From Negaprion brevirostris (lineage: Eukaryota), in contig JARDVH010000084.1 in NCBI GenBank assembly GCA_030324005.1, forward strand, positions 93,112,417-93,176,416: 64,000 bases of DNA. Direction: 5' to 3'. The stretch's first letter is position 1. The number at the start of each line of letters is the position of its first letter. Below are positions 12,555-24,895 of this stretch, in pieces. A model generated the notes under the pieces. It searched no databases. It saw only the letters and a program-made list of their open reading frames with translations, and had not been told where the DNA came from. The translations under genes and the position numbers were made by a program.

Positions 12555-12893
12555 AAAATTGATTTTGAGTGTTATCGTTTCTTCAGATTCCCGATGATCA
12601 TGAGTATTACTCTGATGACAAAGAAAAGAGTAAAGTCCATCCAACATTTGAAATTTGTAACTGGTTATCTCCATTTTTCTTGCAAGAAGTTGAAGCGGAA
12701 ATCGTCTAGTCGTAACCATGCTATGATAGCCCCAATACAAATTAACATTAACATTTCGGAAACATGATTGCCAAACAAATGTTAAACTTCCTGCGCTGAT
12801 TCTAGCCTGACTACAGAGCGAATGTAAAGGAGGACATTCTAATGCCATAGAGTCACTTTAATTGAGGACAACTGAACGTTAACCGGGTCGGCC
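12555..12893 (-). pseudogene. Ig-like (V-type spacing) exon, membrane-proximal domain of unit B
   Basis: PG*RSVVLN*SDSMALEC-x20-W (LTFVW)...RFPLQLLARKMEITSYKF...DGLYSFLC...TITLKI, with about 71 aa between the Cys residues and two in-frame stops at the 5' end. Confidence 0.6.
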
Positions 12894-13689
12894 CTGCATT
12901 TTATTTCACTGTATTTGCAATGCTCATTATTACCAAAGTCTAAAGTTTCAGTCCGAACCATGCCGCATGAATAAACAATATCGATGCGATACAATCCCAA
13001 ACCAATATCTAAAAGTGTGCATTACAACCAAACAATTGTTGAGTCGTCATAGTAAGTGTTCAGATCGAGGCCCAATTGTTTAATGTCCGAGACAGTTTTT
13101 TTGCTCCGTCGGGAGAACGAAAATTTCAGCAGAAATCCTCTATCACATTTTAGGAACATTCAACGAAATGCATGTTAATAAAGTAGCCACCGTCATCCAC
13201 CAACGCATGCCCCATGTCGCCAACCACTGATGCATGTCCCCGCTCGCCCCAGCCACGAATTACCGACCCCCGTTATCCACTTCCATTTCCAGCTCAATTC
13301 CTTCCATAGCACCCAATGGACCCAACTCATGGGAAGCTCCAATCGACCTCTCTCTCCCTGAATCTGAACTGCCGAACGGCCTCAATGGGCTTGGTCAACC
13401 AACTCGATCACGCCTGCTGTCACGCATCCCACCACCCCCTCCCCCCCACCACCGCCACAAGCCTCCACTGAACCCCCCCCCCTCCCCCCACCCCACCTCC
13501 CAGTCCACAACATTGATTTCGATCAGCTTNNNNNNNNNNNNNNNNNNNNNNNNNNNNNNNNNNNNNNNNNNNNNNNNNNNNNNNNNNNNNNNNNNNNNNN
13601 NNNNNNNNNNNNNNNNNNNNNNNNNNNNNTGGTGGGAACCTCTCCACGTGGCGTCAGTGGACATTAGCTGACCGGGCGTCGCTAACATC

Positions 13690-14430
13690 GAGACGCAGGA
13701 ACGTAGAAATTGGAAGCAGGAGTAGGCCAATTCATCCTTCGAAACTGCTACACCATTTATTTTGATCATGGTTGATCATCAAATTCAACACCCTTTTCCC
13801 CGCGTCCCACTATACTCCTTGATCCCTTTAGCTCCAGGAGCTATATCGATCTTTTTTTTTCTTGAAATCCGACAACATATTGGCCTCATCTACATTCCGT
13901 GTTAGTAAATGCGTCACATTCATCACTCTCTAGATGAAGAAATTCCTCATCACCTCAGATCTAAACGATTTACTCACTATCCTCAACTAAGACCCCTGGT
14001 TCTAAACACCACCACTGTTGGGAACATTGTTTCTGAAACTAAATCCCTGCTAGAACATTATTGATTTCCATGAGATTCCCTCTTACTTTTAAACAGCAGT
14101 GAATATAATACGAACCGAATTGGCATCTCCTCATATCAGACATCTGCCATCCCAGGAATCAGCCTGGTAAACCTCTATAGCAAGGACATCCTTCCTCAGA
14201 TAAGGACACCAAAAATGTAAACAAAACTCCAGGTGTGTCCTCAGCAACGCCCTATACAATTGCCACAAAACATCCATATAGTCACATCCTCTTGCTATGA
14301 AGGCAGCATACAATTCACCTTCTTTATTCCCTCTTGTATCTGTGCGCTTACTTTCAGAGACGGGTGCCCTTCAATGTCTTGTTCAGTATCCACCTTTGTC
14401 AATTCACACGTATTCAAAAAGTATTTTTTT
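13690..14430 (-). mobile_element. CR1 LINE 3' fragment
   Basis: ORF 14131-14313 QLYRALLRTHLEFCLHFWCPYLRKD, plus the CR1 3' tail at 13700. Confidence 0.85.
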
Positions 14431-14829
14431 TCCTAATAAAATGTAAATTCTGATGTTGGCATGATAATCAGCCTCATGTTTATTTCCGGCGCCTGGGAAA
14501 ACGTCTGGGAAAGTCGTGGTCGCCTGGATTCCGGGCGTTAGACGGTGTCCCTGAAAAGGAAGGAATTGATACCGCAATGCATGATTTTTTTTCAATCAAA
14601 TGAAAATATTTAGTCAGTTCTTGCACTCGGCATGGCTGACGCAATCCGACAATTTACCCTCTATGTGGCTGTCAAACACTCCAGCTAAAGCGCAGTCCCA
14701 ATGCAGTAGATGAGCGGTCTCAATGTGTCGGTATTAGCCGCGTCCAGTCACATCACAGAGGCAGAGAAGGGATACTTATTTTATCTTCGCGACCCAGTAG
14801 CCAGCTTTTGGGCAGTGACTCATGAAGTA

Positions 14830-15250
14830 GACGATATGCACGTTTTAGTGACTGCGAAAATCCTGGTGAATTCCGAGTCATAGCTATGGTCCGTTATGAT
14901 GCACCCTCAGTAATGAGGTAAACCGTCACAGGACTCGATGTACTTAAAATCTAATATTTAAGCGATGATGTCACCCAAAGACAACGAATCTATCCTCTTT
15001 AAATAACGTCACTTTGCTGGGCCTCTGGGGCACAGAAAGTTCCGTCCACGTGTTAAGTGTTACGTTTTAACTCCACTGCCATCGGAAATACTTCATTCAT
15101 CTGTAGCGTTTCCAATTAAGGTGGGAGTGGGTTCTTAGTATTGGCACTAGGAGGAATTTCATGAGTAACTCTGACACATTGGCGTTCCAAGATGCCAATT
15201 CTGCCCCTTGATTTACGTCCCCGTTCTTGTTACCGACCAACCTCAAATCA
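14830..15250 (-). pseudogene. Decayed Ig-like exon, unit B
   Basis: VNQG.../LERQC.../LNWKR...NVTLNTW...KEDRFVV...LNI/DFKY...DGLPHY*GC...SE. Motif order parallels 12555-12893. Confidence 0.45.
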
Positions 15251-15599
15251 CGTTTGGAAGGAGCCTTTCAACTATTAATGTAAGAATATTCATTCACGTT
15301 CTTGAACATTTAATGAATACCATTCAGCAAAAGCGTATTGTCGAGGGGACGACCGTCAGCCGAAAGGAAAATCCTGTATTTGCAAAATCCAACTTGAACA
15401 CTGTTCAAAGTTATAGAATAAAAACGGATCATTTCGAGGTGAGGAAATTCCTTTCGATGGGTAACAATAAGTGGGTCCTCCGCCGGTTCAGCCTAATGGC
15501 CGCTGACCTAAGATGGTAGTTTAGCAGGGAAGTAAATAAAGCAGAATTACTAGATCATAGATCAGGTAACGTGGCTTTCATTCCATAAAACTAAACACG

Positions 15600-15900
15600 T
15601 CCATCCGGAGTTTCTCCTGTCTCGGACTCCCTGTCAGTCAAAGAAACCCCCTGTAAATTGCAAATATGCCTCCCTCGAGCATTATTCTGCGAGATATATT
15701 CGATATCTGCCTTGCTCTTTAGGTTGGCAATCGGCAACAATAGCGTCCACTTGTCAGTCATGCATTGTGATGCCCCATTCAGGAATAGACTGCTGATACG
15801 TGGGAGTCTCATGGCGGATTAACCCAGAAATGAGGCTACATCACAAGAGAGCAAATCTATGGTTCAGAATTTGCCAGGATGTTGACAGTCACGAGAGAAA
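15600..15900 (-). pseudogene. Possible decayed Ig-like exon (3' part)
   Basis: ADIEYISQNNARGRHIC...DRESET resembles the ends of the 16.4 kb and 12.6 kb domains. Confidence 0.25.
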
Positions 15901-15914
15901 AAAATAAATTTCAT

Positions 15915-16238
15915 AGCATAGCATCATACAGGCCAGGAGGAGTTCATTCGGCACATCGAGTTTGCATCGGCCACAGTCCCACGCAGGCCCGACTCTTACC
16001 TCATGCATTTACCATAGCCACCCCCACCCCACCAAGGTGCCAGGCCAATCTACCTAACATGGCCAATCTACCTAACCCTCACATCTTTGGACCGTGGGAG
16101 GATACAGGAGAACCTACAGAAAATTCATGCAGTCACGGAGAGAATGTGCAAACTCCATACAGACACTGCCCCAAGCCGTGATTCGGATCCGGGATCCTGG
16201 TATTGTGAGTGCTAACCACGGTGTCTCCGCGACACCCT
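15915..16238 (-). mobile_element. HE1-related tRNA-derived SINE, old copy
   Basis: The reverse complement matches the 48433 SINE core (ctgtatggagtttgcacattctctccgtgactgcatg...). Confidence 0.8.
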
Positions 16239-16339
16239 TTTGTGCAAAAAAAAAAATCTGTGATCCTGATAACCGCCTTTGCAAAAAATCGAATCCTTCC
16301 AGTAGATTGATAAGGGATGTTCACTGTCAGCGGTGCAAC

Positions 16340-16700
16340 CATTTGAACCTGGAGATTTAAAACCCCTTAGCAGCGGTTTGGCAGCTATGGTCAAGATCCG
16401 TCATTAGAATACATATACTCGATATGTTTCATCCATTCATCGAGGGACAAGATGCAGTTGTGGATCATCTCAGCCCCGAACTGTATTCTGTTCAGCTGCG
16501 CAAGTGAACAAACTGGTTGTGTATCAATCACATGAAGCTGTATCAGACAAGCAAATTGAACAGAAGCCTTGCGCTTTGGCGAAATCAAATCCCTACCACA
16601 ATTTGGTAATTTCAAGTCGAATTTAAAAAATAAATAATAATGAAGCCTCAATCCAACATTTTTAGTTATCATGAATGATACACCCATTAACAATAATCCG
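16340..16700 (-). pseudogene. Decayed Ig-like exon
   Basis: DLKLPNC-x16-C (VQFAC, TGT where the family has W)...LSLDE...IEYMYSNDGS/HSCQT. Confidence 0.3.
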
Positions 16701-17024
16701 GATACTGACACCTGAACATTAGGACACATGCTTCAAATGGCAGCTCGAAGTCCTAGCATTTAGAGCTTTGGTGGCACAATTCTTATGACATAGAGTGCTA
16801 ATGCAACTCTGAAAACGGCAAACAGGGTAAGAAAGCATACGTCGGATCCTCATTTTATGTGTCATTTAGGCCAATTGTATGTAATTTAAATACATATGTG
16901 ACCAATTTCGTCACAGGTTTCGTTTTTGTTTGTTTTGGAAGACTGTGCTAACAGAATTGTGGCTAATAATGTCTGGATAGAACATTAATGTTTCAAGATC
17001 ATCAGGCAGGTCAGGGTAATTTTT

Positions 17025-17370
17025 TTTTCATTCATGGAAAATAGGCGTCACTGGCTGGATCAACATTTAAAGATTGTACCTAGTTGACCGTGGAGGGCAG
17101 GTGAAATTCAACGACATTGATTTCACTCTGGAATCACATGTAGGCCAGACCAGGTAAGGACGCCTGGATCCCTCCACTGAAAGGCATTGGTGAACGAAAT
17201 GTTTCTGGATTGGACAGCCGACAGTGGTTATCACTGACTTCTTAATTCCAGATCATTTATTTAATTGAATTAAAACTGCACTATCTGCAGTGGTGGGTTC
17301 GAACCACGGTCCCCATGGGCTGACTTTCCGGATCTCGTGATAATACCACGAAGGCATCTACCTCCCCATT
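17025..17370 (-). mobile_element. Retroposon 3' fragment (SINE/LINE tail)
   Basis: tttttttcattcatgg...ggcgtcactggctgg is the reverse of the 3' tail at 24830-24895. Confidence 0.6.
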
Positions 17371-17749
17371 AGGATTATAAATTTATCGCCTCAATCCCAC
17401 TAAAAACCTGAGCTGAGCTAGGTTTGCACATCAAAGACTAAAGTGTGCGAAGTTCAACTGCATTGCATACTTTTCGGGAATTAAACAATACGGGAGTTTA
17501 GCAATGTCAACACATTCTGGCAATTCTCGGAGTGAAAAAAAAAGTTATGCGTCATATATGGTCTATCTGAAAGAACGACGAAGGAAATAAGGCTGTCTTC
17601 GTTTTAACGAGAAAGTGATTGGATAATGGCACACAGTAGATCAATGGCATCCGCAGATATTACTAATTCATTTGGGTTCCCAAAGGGAAGTTTGGTTACA
17701 TTGGAGAGCCATGTGCAGCGAAAGAAATGACGCACAAATTTCATTTATG

Positions 17750-17990
17750 TGCGTCATAAATGTGGGCGTTGATGCCAGGGCTAGTATGTGCTGCCCATAA
17801 CGACCGTGATCAGTGGTTGGTCCTGGCTTCAGTCAAGTTACTATGAAAATCAGAGCCTTGAAGTAACTCTATTTTCTCAACTGTTGGAATGGGAGAAATG
17901 CATCGGCTAAGTTTTATGTGGTACAGTCCAGCTATAGACAAGACATGCCTGTCTGCTTGTGACTGCACCGTGGCATTATAGGCACGCCAA
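17750..17990 (-). pseudogene. Possible decayed C-type Ig exon following the V exon
   Basis: FGVPIMPRC.../LVYSW.../TTDHGRY in shifting frames. Confidence 0.3.
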
Positions 17991-18057
17991 AGCTAATTCA
18001 TTGACTGAGGGAGGATAATCGAGATAAGAGAGCATTTTGTCAAATTGCACCGGGTCC

Positions 18058-18390
18058 AAATAACTTGTTGGTTGCGATTCCCGTAGGCGTGGCACCATGT
18101 CATGCTGTGCACCACGAGACACTGGCAATAATGATTATTTTAGCAGATTTGTTTTCTTTTTCCTCTGATGAAATAATCCTTATATCAGTGTCGAATACAA
18201 TTTTGAAGATTAGTTCTTCCGAAATAGTGATGTGCATAGCCATGTTATCCCAGTGCATCGACAGCATTGGCAGCAAACTGGACACATTGAAGATTATTTG
18301 GATATGTACGGCCCAAAAGAAAACAAGACAAGGTGAATGTCGCACCTATCACCGCACATCTACGCCTTTGCACGTGCTGCACAGTGAAAA
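18058..18390 (-). pseudogene. Decayed IgV exon with B7/butyrophilin-like motifs
   Basis: One frame with 3 stops: FTVQHVQRRRCAVIGATFTLSCFLLGRTYPNNLQCVQF...HYFGRTNL...*NNHYCQCLV...QQV. The acceptor AG appears mutated. Confidence 0.55.
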
Positions 18391-19469
18391 TATATGCAAT
18401 CAATAAACAAAGTTACACAGGCTCCACATCTGCTGCCGGATGCGAACGTTGGGCCTCACTTATCAGGAAATACTATTTAAAAAAAAAATCCCAGCCTATT
18501 TCCCTAGTGGGTTAATAGCTGCTCAGCCACATATAACCCCTTTAAACCCGAATATGACGAAGTCCACCTCTCCTCGAGTGTTTCACCTGCCGGTACTCGA
18601 TTAACAGCAAGTGGTAGAAGGTGTCATCTGTCGCGTTTTTATGCAGCAGATAAATCACCGCAAAAAGTTCACTACAACTCGATTGTTTTCCACCATTGTC
18701 ACTCAAATTCTGAGCTTATTGCAGCCTTGTCAACAAAATAAGTAAACGAAGGGTGTGGTGGAAGAGACAATAGATCCATAGTTCATAAGATCTAGGAGCA
18801 CAACTGGGCCTTTTGTGAGAAACGGTCAGATACTCACTTTTATGATCCCCCCCTTGAATCAAAGACACGGATGAGTTCAGCTNNNNNNNNNNNNNNNNNN
18901 NNNNNNNNNNNNNNNNNNNNNNNNNNNNNNNNNNNNNNNNNNNNNNNNNNNNNNNNNNNNNNNNNNNNNNNNNNNNNNNNNNCTAACACATTTATTTTAT
19001 ATGGTGTAAATTAGTTTGTTTTCCTATCTCTTTTAAGCTATGCTGAAGACCCCGGGCGCGCCTGCCAGTCTCATGATTTTTTTTCTTCTTTTTCTATGTG
19101 TTTCATCATCTGCTGGTCTTAGCGTTTAACCCCTTAGGTTACAATAACGGTTCTGTCATGGTTTCCGCCCCACATGGTTTGACTCAAAAATTACACTACC
19201 ATCCCTTACACTTTGGGCTAATCAGATCTTCTCCACCATTCAATCATGGATTATAAACTTCTCGACCCCATTCTTCGCTAATTCCCCATCACTTTTGACT
19301 CTTTTCCATTTAAGAACCTATCTGCCTCTGTCTTAAAAACTGGCCTCTACAGCATTCTGAGAAAAAGAATTGGATGTGAAAACGATGACACTTGATAGAA
19401 ATGAAACTTTTGGGGCCACTGGAGCACTTAAAATCTGAGCACGAACAAAGGGCTCAGCACGTATCTCAA

Positions 19470-19950
19470 TACAGACTGGAGTCATACCTCATCCAAAGGC
19501 AGATAGTGGTTGTTGGTGGTGGCTGATCAGTCCCGTGACATCCATGCAGGGCTTCCTCAGTGTACTGCCAGTGACTCAAGCGTATGCAACTGATATGCAA
19601 ATGACTTTCTTCCCTTCAGGTCAGAAAGTGAGATGCACTCTGCTCATAGTATGCATTTGGCATCATCCATTATTGCTCAGGTGCTGATGAATCTGTGTCT
19701 ATATTCAACCGAAATTTATAAGCTGTTCAGTTATGGCTCAAAACAGTAACCTAATATTCCTTCAGCAAACCAACGTACAACTTAAATAACAAGAGAAATT
19801 ATAGCCACTTGAAAGTCGGTGTAATTTCAATCACTGCATCTACAACTATCACCTTGCGATTTTATTGATCATAAACAAAACTGAAATGGCCAGGAAAATA
19901 GGGGTGCAGAACGAGCAGATCAGAACCTTGAACTTTTAATAAGGGCAAAT
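19470..19950 (+). mobile_element. Highly decayed L2/CR1-group RT fragment
   Basis: Similar to 23620-24030 (gtggttgttggtggt...cag...gcagggcttcctcag). Confidence 0.55.
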
Positions 19951-20066
19951 CAACACTTTTCCACATAAAAGTTGCAAAANNNNNNNNNNNNNNNNNNNNN
20001 NNNNNNNNNNNNNNNNNNNNNNNNNNNNNNNNNNNNNNNNNNNNNNNNNNNNNNNNNNNNNNNNNN

Positions 20067-20237
20067 NTTTCAGGACAACATAGCCAGATTAATGTATACC
20101 CCATCTGCAAATATAAACATTTGCTTTTTGCACGAGCCATATGGCAGTGGGAATAGTTCGTGCCATTTAAAGCACATAATTCAGCAAGTCACAACTGCTT
20201 CGGCAATAGTACGATATACATCTGCGATCGTTTCTAC
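20067..20237 (-). pseudogene. Decayed Ig-like exon, truncated by an assembly gap
   Basis: Phase-1 acceptor ttttgcatttccag|GT. Reads SCDLL...(C-x17-W) TAIW LVQKANVYICRWGIH, compared with NVNLYWGYH at 12.7 kb. Confidence 0.5.
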
Positions 20238-20439
20238 CTGGAAATGCAAAAGTAACCAACACGTGGGATCCTTGCTGGTGTGCTGAAGAACCGAATTAGC
20301 AGCCAGTGACGGATTCAATTCCGAATCATAGTGCGGAGATTATCAAAACGTTCGTTAATAATTCGCATGATTGTACTGATCCCGACAACTAGTCACGATT
20401 GTAATTAATATATATGTCTACACTATTCGAAACAATCGA

Positions 20440-20714
20440 CTTCTGCCATTTCAAAGCACACGGACCGCAAATGCATGTGGCTTCCTTACACAGATGTGTG
20501 GGACACCATTACATACAGATTTCCTTCCAGCCACAGCACTGTGTGCCAAACCCTCTACCCTTGTTCGCTCAGAGTTTTGAAATTCGCTCCTAACTGTGTT
20601 TTCGCTCCACATGAGCAAATGTTCTTTATTGTTTTGCGATCTTATTCCAGCACGAAATTGTTACTGACAATAAGAGAGGTTGGCCCTTGTTAACAATAAG
20701 GTGATGCTCACATC
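20440..20714 (-). pseudogene. Decayed Ig-like exon
   Basis: Strong phase-1 acceptor ttttttttcaacag|GA. Reads LIVNKGQPLLLSVTISC.../LLMW...RTRV...CNGVPHIC. Confidence 0.45.
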
Positions 20715-20809
20715 CTGTTGAAAAAAAAATAGAAAAAAATAAATCTACTCACTGCTCTCCGCAATAAGTTGTTCCAATTCTAGAAAAAAGTAAATGCAAA
20801 TCATTATTT

Positions 20810-21060
20810 AGGTTAGATTTAAAAGCAATGGCATCACGAACATACGAGTATTGACGGTGGGAATCGATTTACTGAATGGCAGTTGTAGCTCTGATATCAC
20901 CGTGTCCAATATTGTGTTGCGCTGAAAATAGCTCGCCTCGCCACAGAAAAAGTTTCTGTCAAGTGGCGTTGACCGAAATTTTCTTTCCTAAATGGTCAGC
21001 CCAAAACAGCATATGGACTTCCAGATGTCAGGACACGGGCAAAACAGTAAATGGAAGTAG
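20810..21060 (-). pseudogene. Decayed Ig-like exon
   Basis: LLFC-x16-LTI*(W)...VISELQL/DSHRQYSY. Confidence 0.3.
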
Positions 21061-21459
21061 AACAAAAACATAATTAGTAAATCATTGCGGAGAATGAATG
21101 ACACCAGTAAATGGTACAGAAAAAGATGAAATTAAACATTTTGCATGGATTGAATTGTAAGTCCAGTGCCTGCGAGAGTATATTAGCTAAGTTCCCGCAG
21201 ATCTTATTTTTAGAGAGGAGGGAGTGGGGGGTACATTTGCAGCAAAGCTAATTAATCCATTAATTGGGGAGGAGGAATGACACATTAGTCAAGCACAATG
21301 TTGAGAACTGATGGATCAGGAGGAAATGGATGAGCGTTGGCAGAGAGGCTGGCAACAATATGAGGGGAGAAATCAACGTTCTGGCTAAAGAGGCAGGAGA
21401 GAAAACGTATAAAGTTGGGAAACAGGAACAGCATGATAACATTGGTTATTCTACACAAA

Positions 21460-22125
21460 GAAACATCGAACATAGAAAATAGAAGCAGGGGTAGGACATT
21501 CAGCCTTTCGAGTCTTCTCCATCATTCATTTTTATCATGGCAAATCATCGAATTAATTATCCCGATCTTCCATTTCATCCATGTATCTTGATCGTTTTTG
21601 CTCCAAGAGCTGTAACGAATTTGTCTTTGAGATCAGACCACATTTTTGCCTAATAAAATTCTATGGTGTTGAATTTCACACATTCACCACTCTCTGGGTG
21701 AAGGAATTTCACCTTAGTTCAGATGCAAAAAATTTACTGATTATCCTCCATCTATGACCATTACTTCTGACTCCCCTCCATTAGGAACTTGTTGTCTGAA
21801 TTTACCATGCCTAATAATATATAATATTCTGTAAGTTTCTATGAGATCTCTCTCACTCTTCTAAACTCCAGTGAATATAATCATAAGCAATTTTGTCTCT
21901 TCTCACATGACAGACCTTCCAACCCAGTAATCAGCTTTGCAAAACTTTGCTATGCTTCCCCTATAGCAAGCATATCCTTCCACAGACAAGAACACCAAAA
22001 CTACACATAAAACTTCAGGTTTAGCCTCAGCTATACAAATGCAGCAAACACATCCCGTCATGGTGGCCAACACGCAAGCTAATTTCTTTACAGCCTGTTG
22101 TACCTGCCCGCTTACTTTCAACGAA
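21460..22125 (-). mobile_element. CR1 LINE, 3' part (continues at 24895-25430)
   Basis: CR1 3' tail (agaa...catagaaaatagaagcaggggtagg) and KVSGQVQQAVKK. Confidence 0.8.
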
Positions 22126-24895
22126 ATCTCTCATTGGTTACCAAGTACGGTCCCCTTTTGGCTGATGAATCAATAATCAATGTTGAACAACACTTGAATT
22201 AAGCACTGTGGATGGGAAGGGTGCAAAATGTACTCTGGGTGGGAGATTTCAATGTCCAAGAAGAGTGGCTTGGTAGCAGCACTACTGATCGAGCTGATCG
22301 GGTTCTGAAGCGTACAACTGCTAGACTGGGTCAGCAGCAGACTGTGAAGGAATGAACAAGAGGAAAAACACACTTGACCTCATTCTTACCAATCTGCCGG
22401 CTACAGATGCATCTGTCCATGATAATATCGGTAAGTGTGACCACAGCACAGTTCTTGTGCGGACGAAGTCCCACCAACACATTGAGAATAACCTTCATTG
22501 TGTTGAGTGGCATTATAAATGTATTCAATGGGAGCGAATTGAAACAGATCTACAGAATCAAAACTGGGTATCTAGAGGCGCTGTGGGGCATGCACAGTAG
22601 CGGAACTGTATTCCAGTACAATCTGCGAACGTACGGTCCGACATATTTCTCACTCAACCATTACCATCAAGTCAGGGGATCAGCTCTGAATCAATGGAGT
22701 CTGCAGGAGGGCATGTCAGGAGCAGCACTAGGTCTATGTGAAAATGAGGTGTCAACCAGGTGAGGATGCGAAAGAGAACTACCTGCACTCCGAACGACAA
22801 AAATCAGCAAGTGATATACAGGGATTAGCTATCTCAAAACCACGGAGCAGATCTTAGTATTGCAGTCCTTCCATCCTTTCGTCAACAGTGGTGGACAACT
22901 AAAACATTCAAATTTATGCATCCCCAATGATGGACGAGGTCAGCACATATGTACAAAAGACAAGGCTGAAGCACTCGCAACAATCTTCAACCAGAAGTGC
23001 CAAGTGGATGATCCATCTCAGCGTCCTCCAGTGATACCCAACGCCTCAGATGTCAGCCTCCAGCCAATTCGATTCACTCCACAAGATACGAAGAAACGTT
23101 TGGAGGCACTGGTCACTGCAGAAGCAATGGGTCCTGATAATATCCTGGAATCTGAAGTCAAGACTTGTACTCCAGAACTTGATACCCCCATGGCCAAGCA
23201 CTTTGACGACAATTGTAACACTGGCATCAAACCAACAATGTAGACAATTTTGCAGGTATGTCCTGCACACAAGAAGTAGGATAAATCCAACCAAGCCAAT
23301 TACCGGCCAATCCATCTATTTCTGATCATCAGTAAAGTGATGGAGGGATCATCAACAATGATATCAAGCAGCACCTGCTCAGCAATAACCTGCTCAGTGA
23401 CGGCCAGTTTGGGTTTTGCCATGGCCGCTCAGGCCTTGGTCTCATTACAGCTTTGGATGAAATATTGACAAAAGAACTGAATTCCAGAGATGATATGAGA
23501 GTGATAGAACTTTACATCAGGACCACACTCAAACGAATGTGGTATCTCGGAGACCTCGTAAAAGTGGAATCAATGGTTATGAGTGGACAAACACTCCACT
23601 TGTTGATACCATGCCTGCTCCATGGAAAGATGGTTGTGGTTGTGGAAAGTCAGTCATCTCAGCTCCAGGAATTTTCTGTCGGAGTCCTTCAGGATAGTGC
23701 CTGCGGTCCAACAATCTTCAGTTGCTTCATCAAAGACCTTCCCTCCATCATAACGTCCAAAGTGTGGATGCTTATGGGATGGTTGTGTAATGTTTGGCGT
23801 CATTAGAAACTCCTCAGATAATGAAACAATCCATGTCCACATGCAACAATTCTGGACAAAATCCAGTCTTGGACTGACGTGTGGAATATATAACATTTGC
23901 ACCACACAAATGCCACGCAATTACCATCATCAGTAAGGGGCATTCTAACCACCCCTCCCCCCTCCCCCCTGACATGGAATTATGTGACCTTCACTGAAAA
24001 CCCCACTGTCAACATCCTTTGGGTTACCATTGACCAGAATTACCTCTGGAATTGTCGGCCCATTGATGTGGTGGAGGCCACCTCGTTGAATGTACTTAAG
24101 TCATGGGTAGTTAGATTTCTGATAGACAAGGGAATTAAGGGTTATGGGGAGAAAGCGGGACAGTGGAACTGATTCACTTCAGATCAGCCATGATCTTATT
24201 GAAAGGCGAGGCAGGCTCGAAGGGCTAGATGGCCTACTCCTGCTCCTTTTTCTTATGTTCTTAGAAAATCAACCGGACAAAAATCCAGTGGCTAACAGAT
24301 CAGATAAGATCGAGGAATACTGTGGTGAGTAACTCATCTCCTGCCTCCGCAAAGTCTATCCACTATCTACATGCTACAAGTCAAAATAGACATTCCTCAC
24401 ATGCCCGGATGGTTACAGCTCCAACAAGCAGTCAAGAAGCTTCACACCATTCAGAACAAAACAGCCCACATGATTGATACCATATCTACAAACAACAACT
24501 CCCTCCACCACCGGCGCACAATAGCAGCAGTGTGTACTATACCAGATTCACAGCAGCAATTCACCAAAGATCCTTCGACAGCATCTTCCGAACCCACGAG
24601 ACCTTCCACCCCGAAGGACAAGGGCAGCAGATACATGAGTGCAGCACCATCTGCAGGTTTCCCTCGAAGCCGCTCACTGTCTGGATTTGGAATTATATCG
24701 CCGTGCCTTCACAGTCACTAAGACAATGTCCTGGAAGTCACTCCCATAACGACACTCTAAGTCACCCCACAGCACTTGAACTGCAGCGATTCAAGGAGGC
24801 AGTTCACCACCACTTTCTCAAGGGCAATTAGCGATGGTCAATAAATGCTGGCCAACCAATTACGCCCATTTCCCATGAATGGCTAAAAAAAAAAC
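22125..24895 (+). mobile_element. L2/CR1-group LINE, ~2.7 kb degenerate ORF2 (APE endonuclease + RT) with A-rich 3' end
   Basis: NTLDLILTN...GKCDH (APE end), MGPDNI...KTCTPEL, GVLQDS..GPTIFSCFIKDL (RT), many frameshifts, A-run near 24885. Confidence 0.9.
24040..24262 (+). mobile_element. 5'-truncated CR1 tail nested in the LINE
   Basis: LWN...DVVEATSLN...KGIKGYGEKAG plus the tail ggcctactcctgctcc...tatgttctt. The host resumes after a short agaa duplication. Confidence 0.8.

Noticed and set aside
13234-13671. Proline-rich ORF (similar C-rich tract at 36720-36950)
   Set aside because: Low-complexity C-rich sequence next to a gap, with no splice or domain support.
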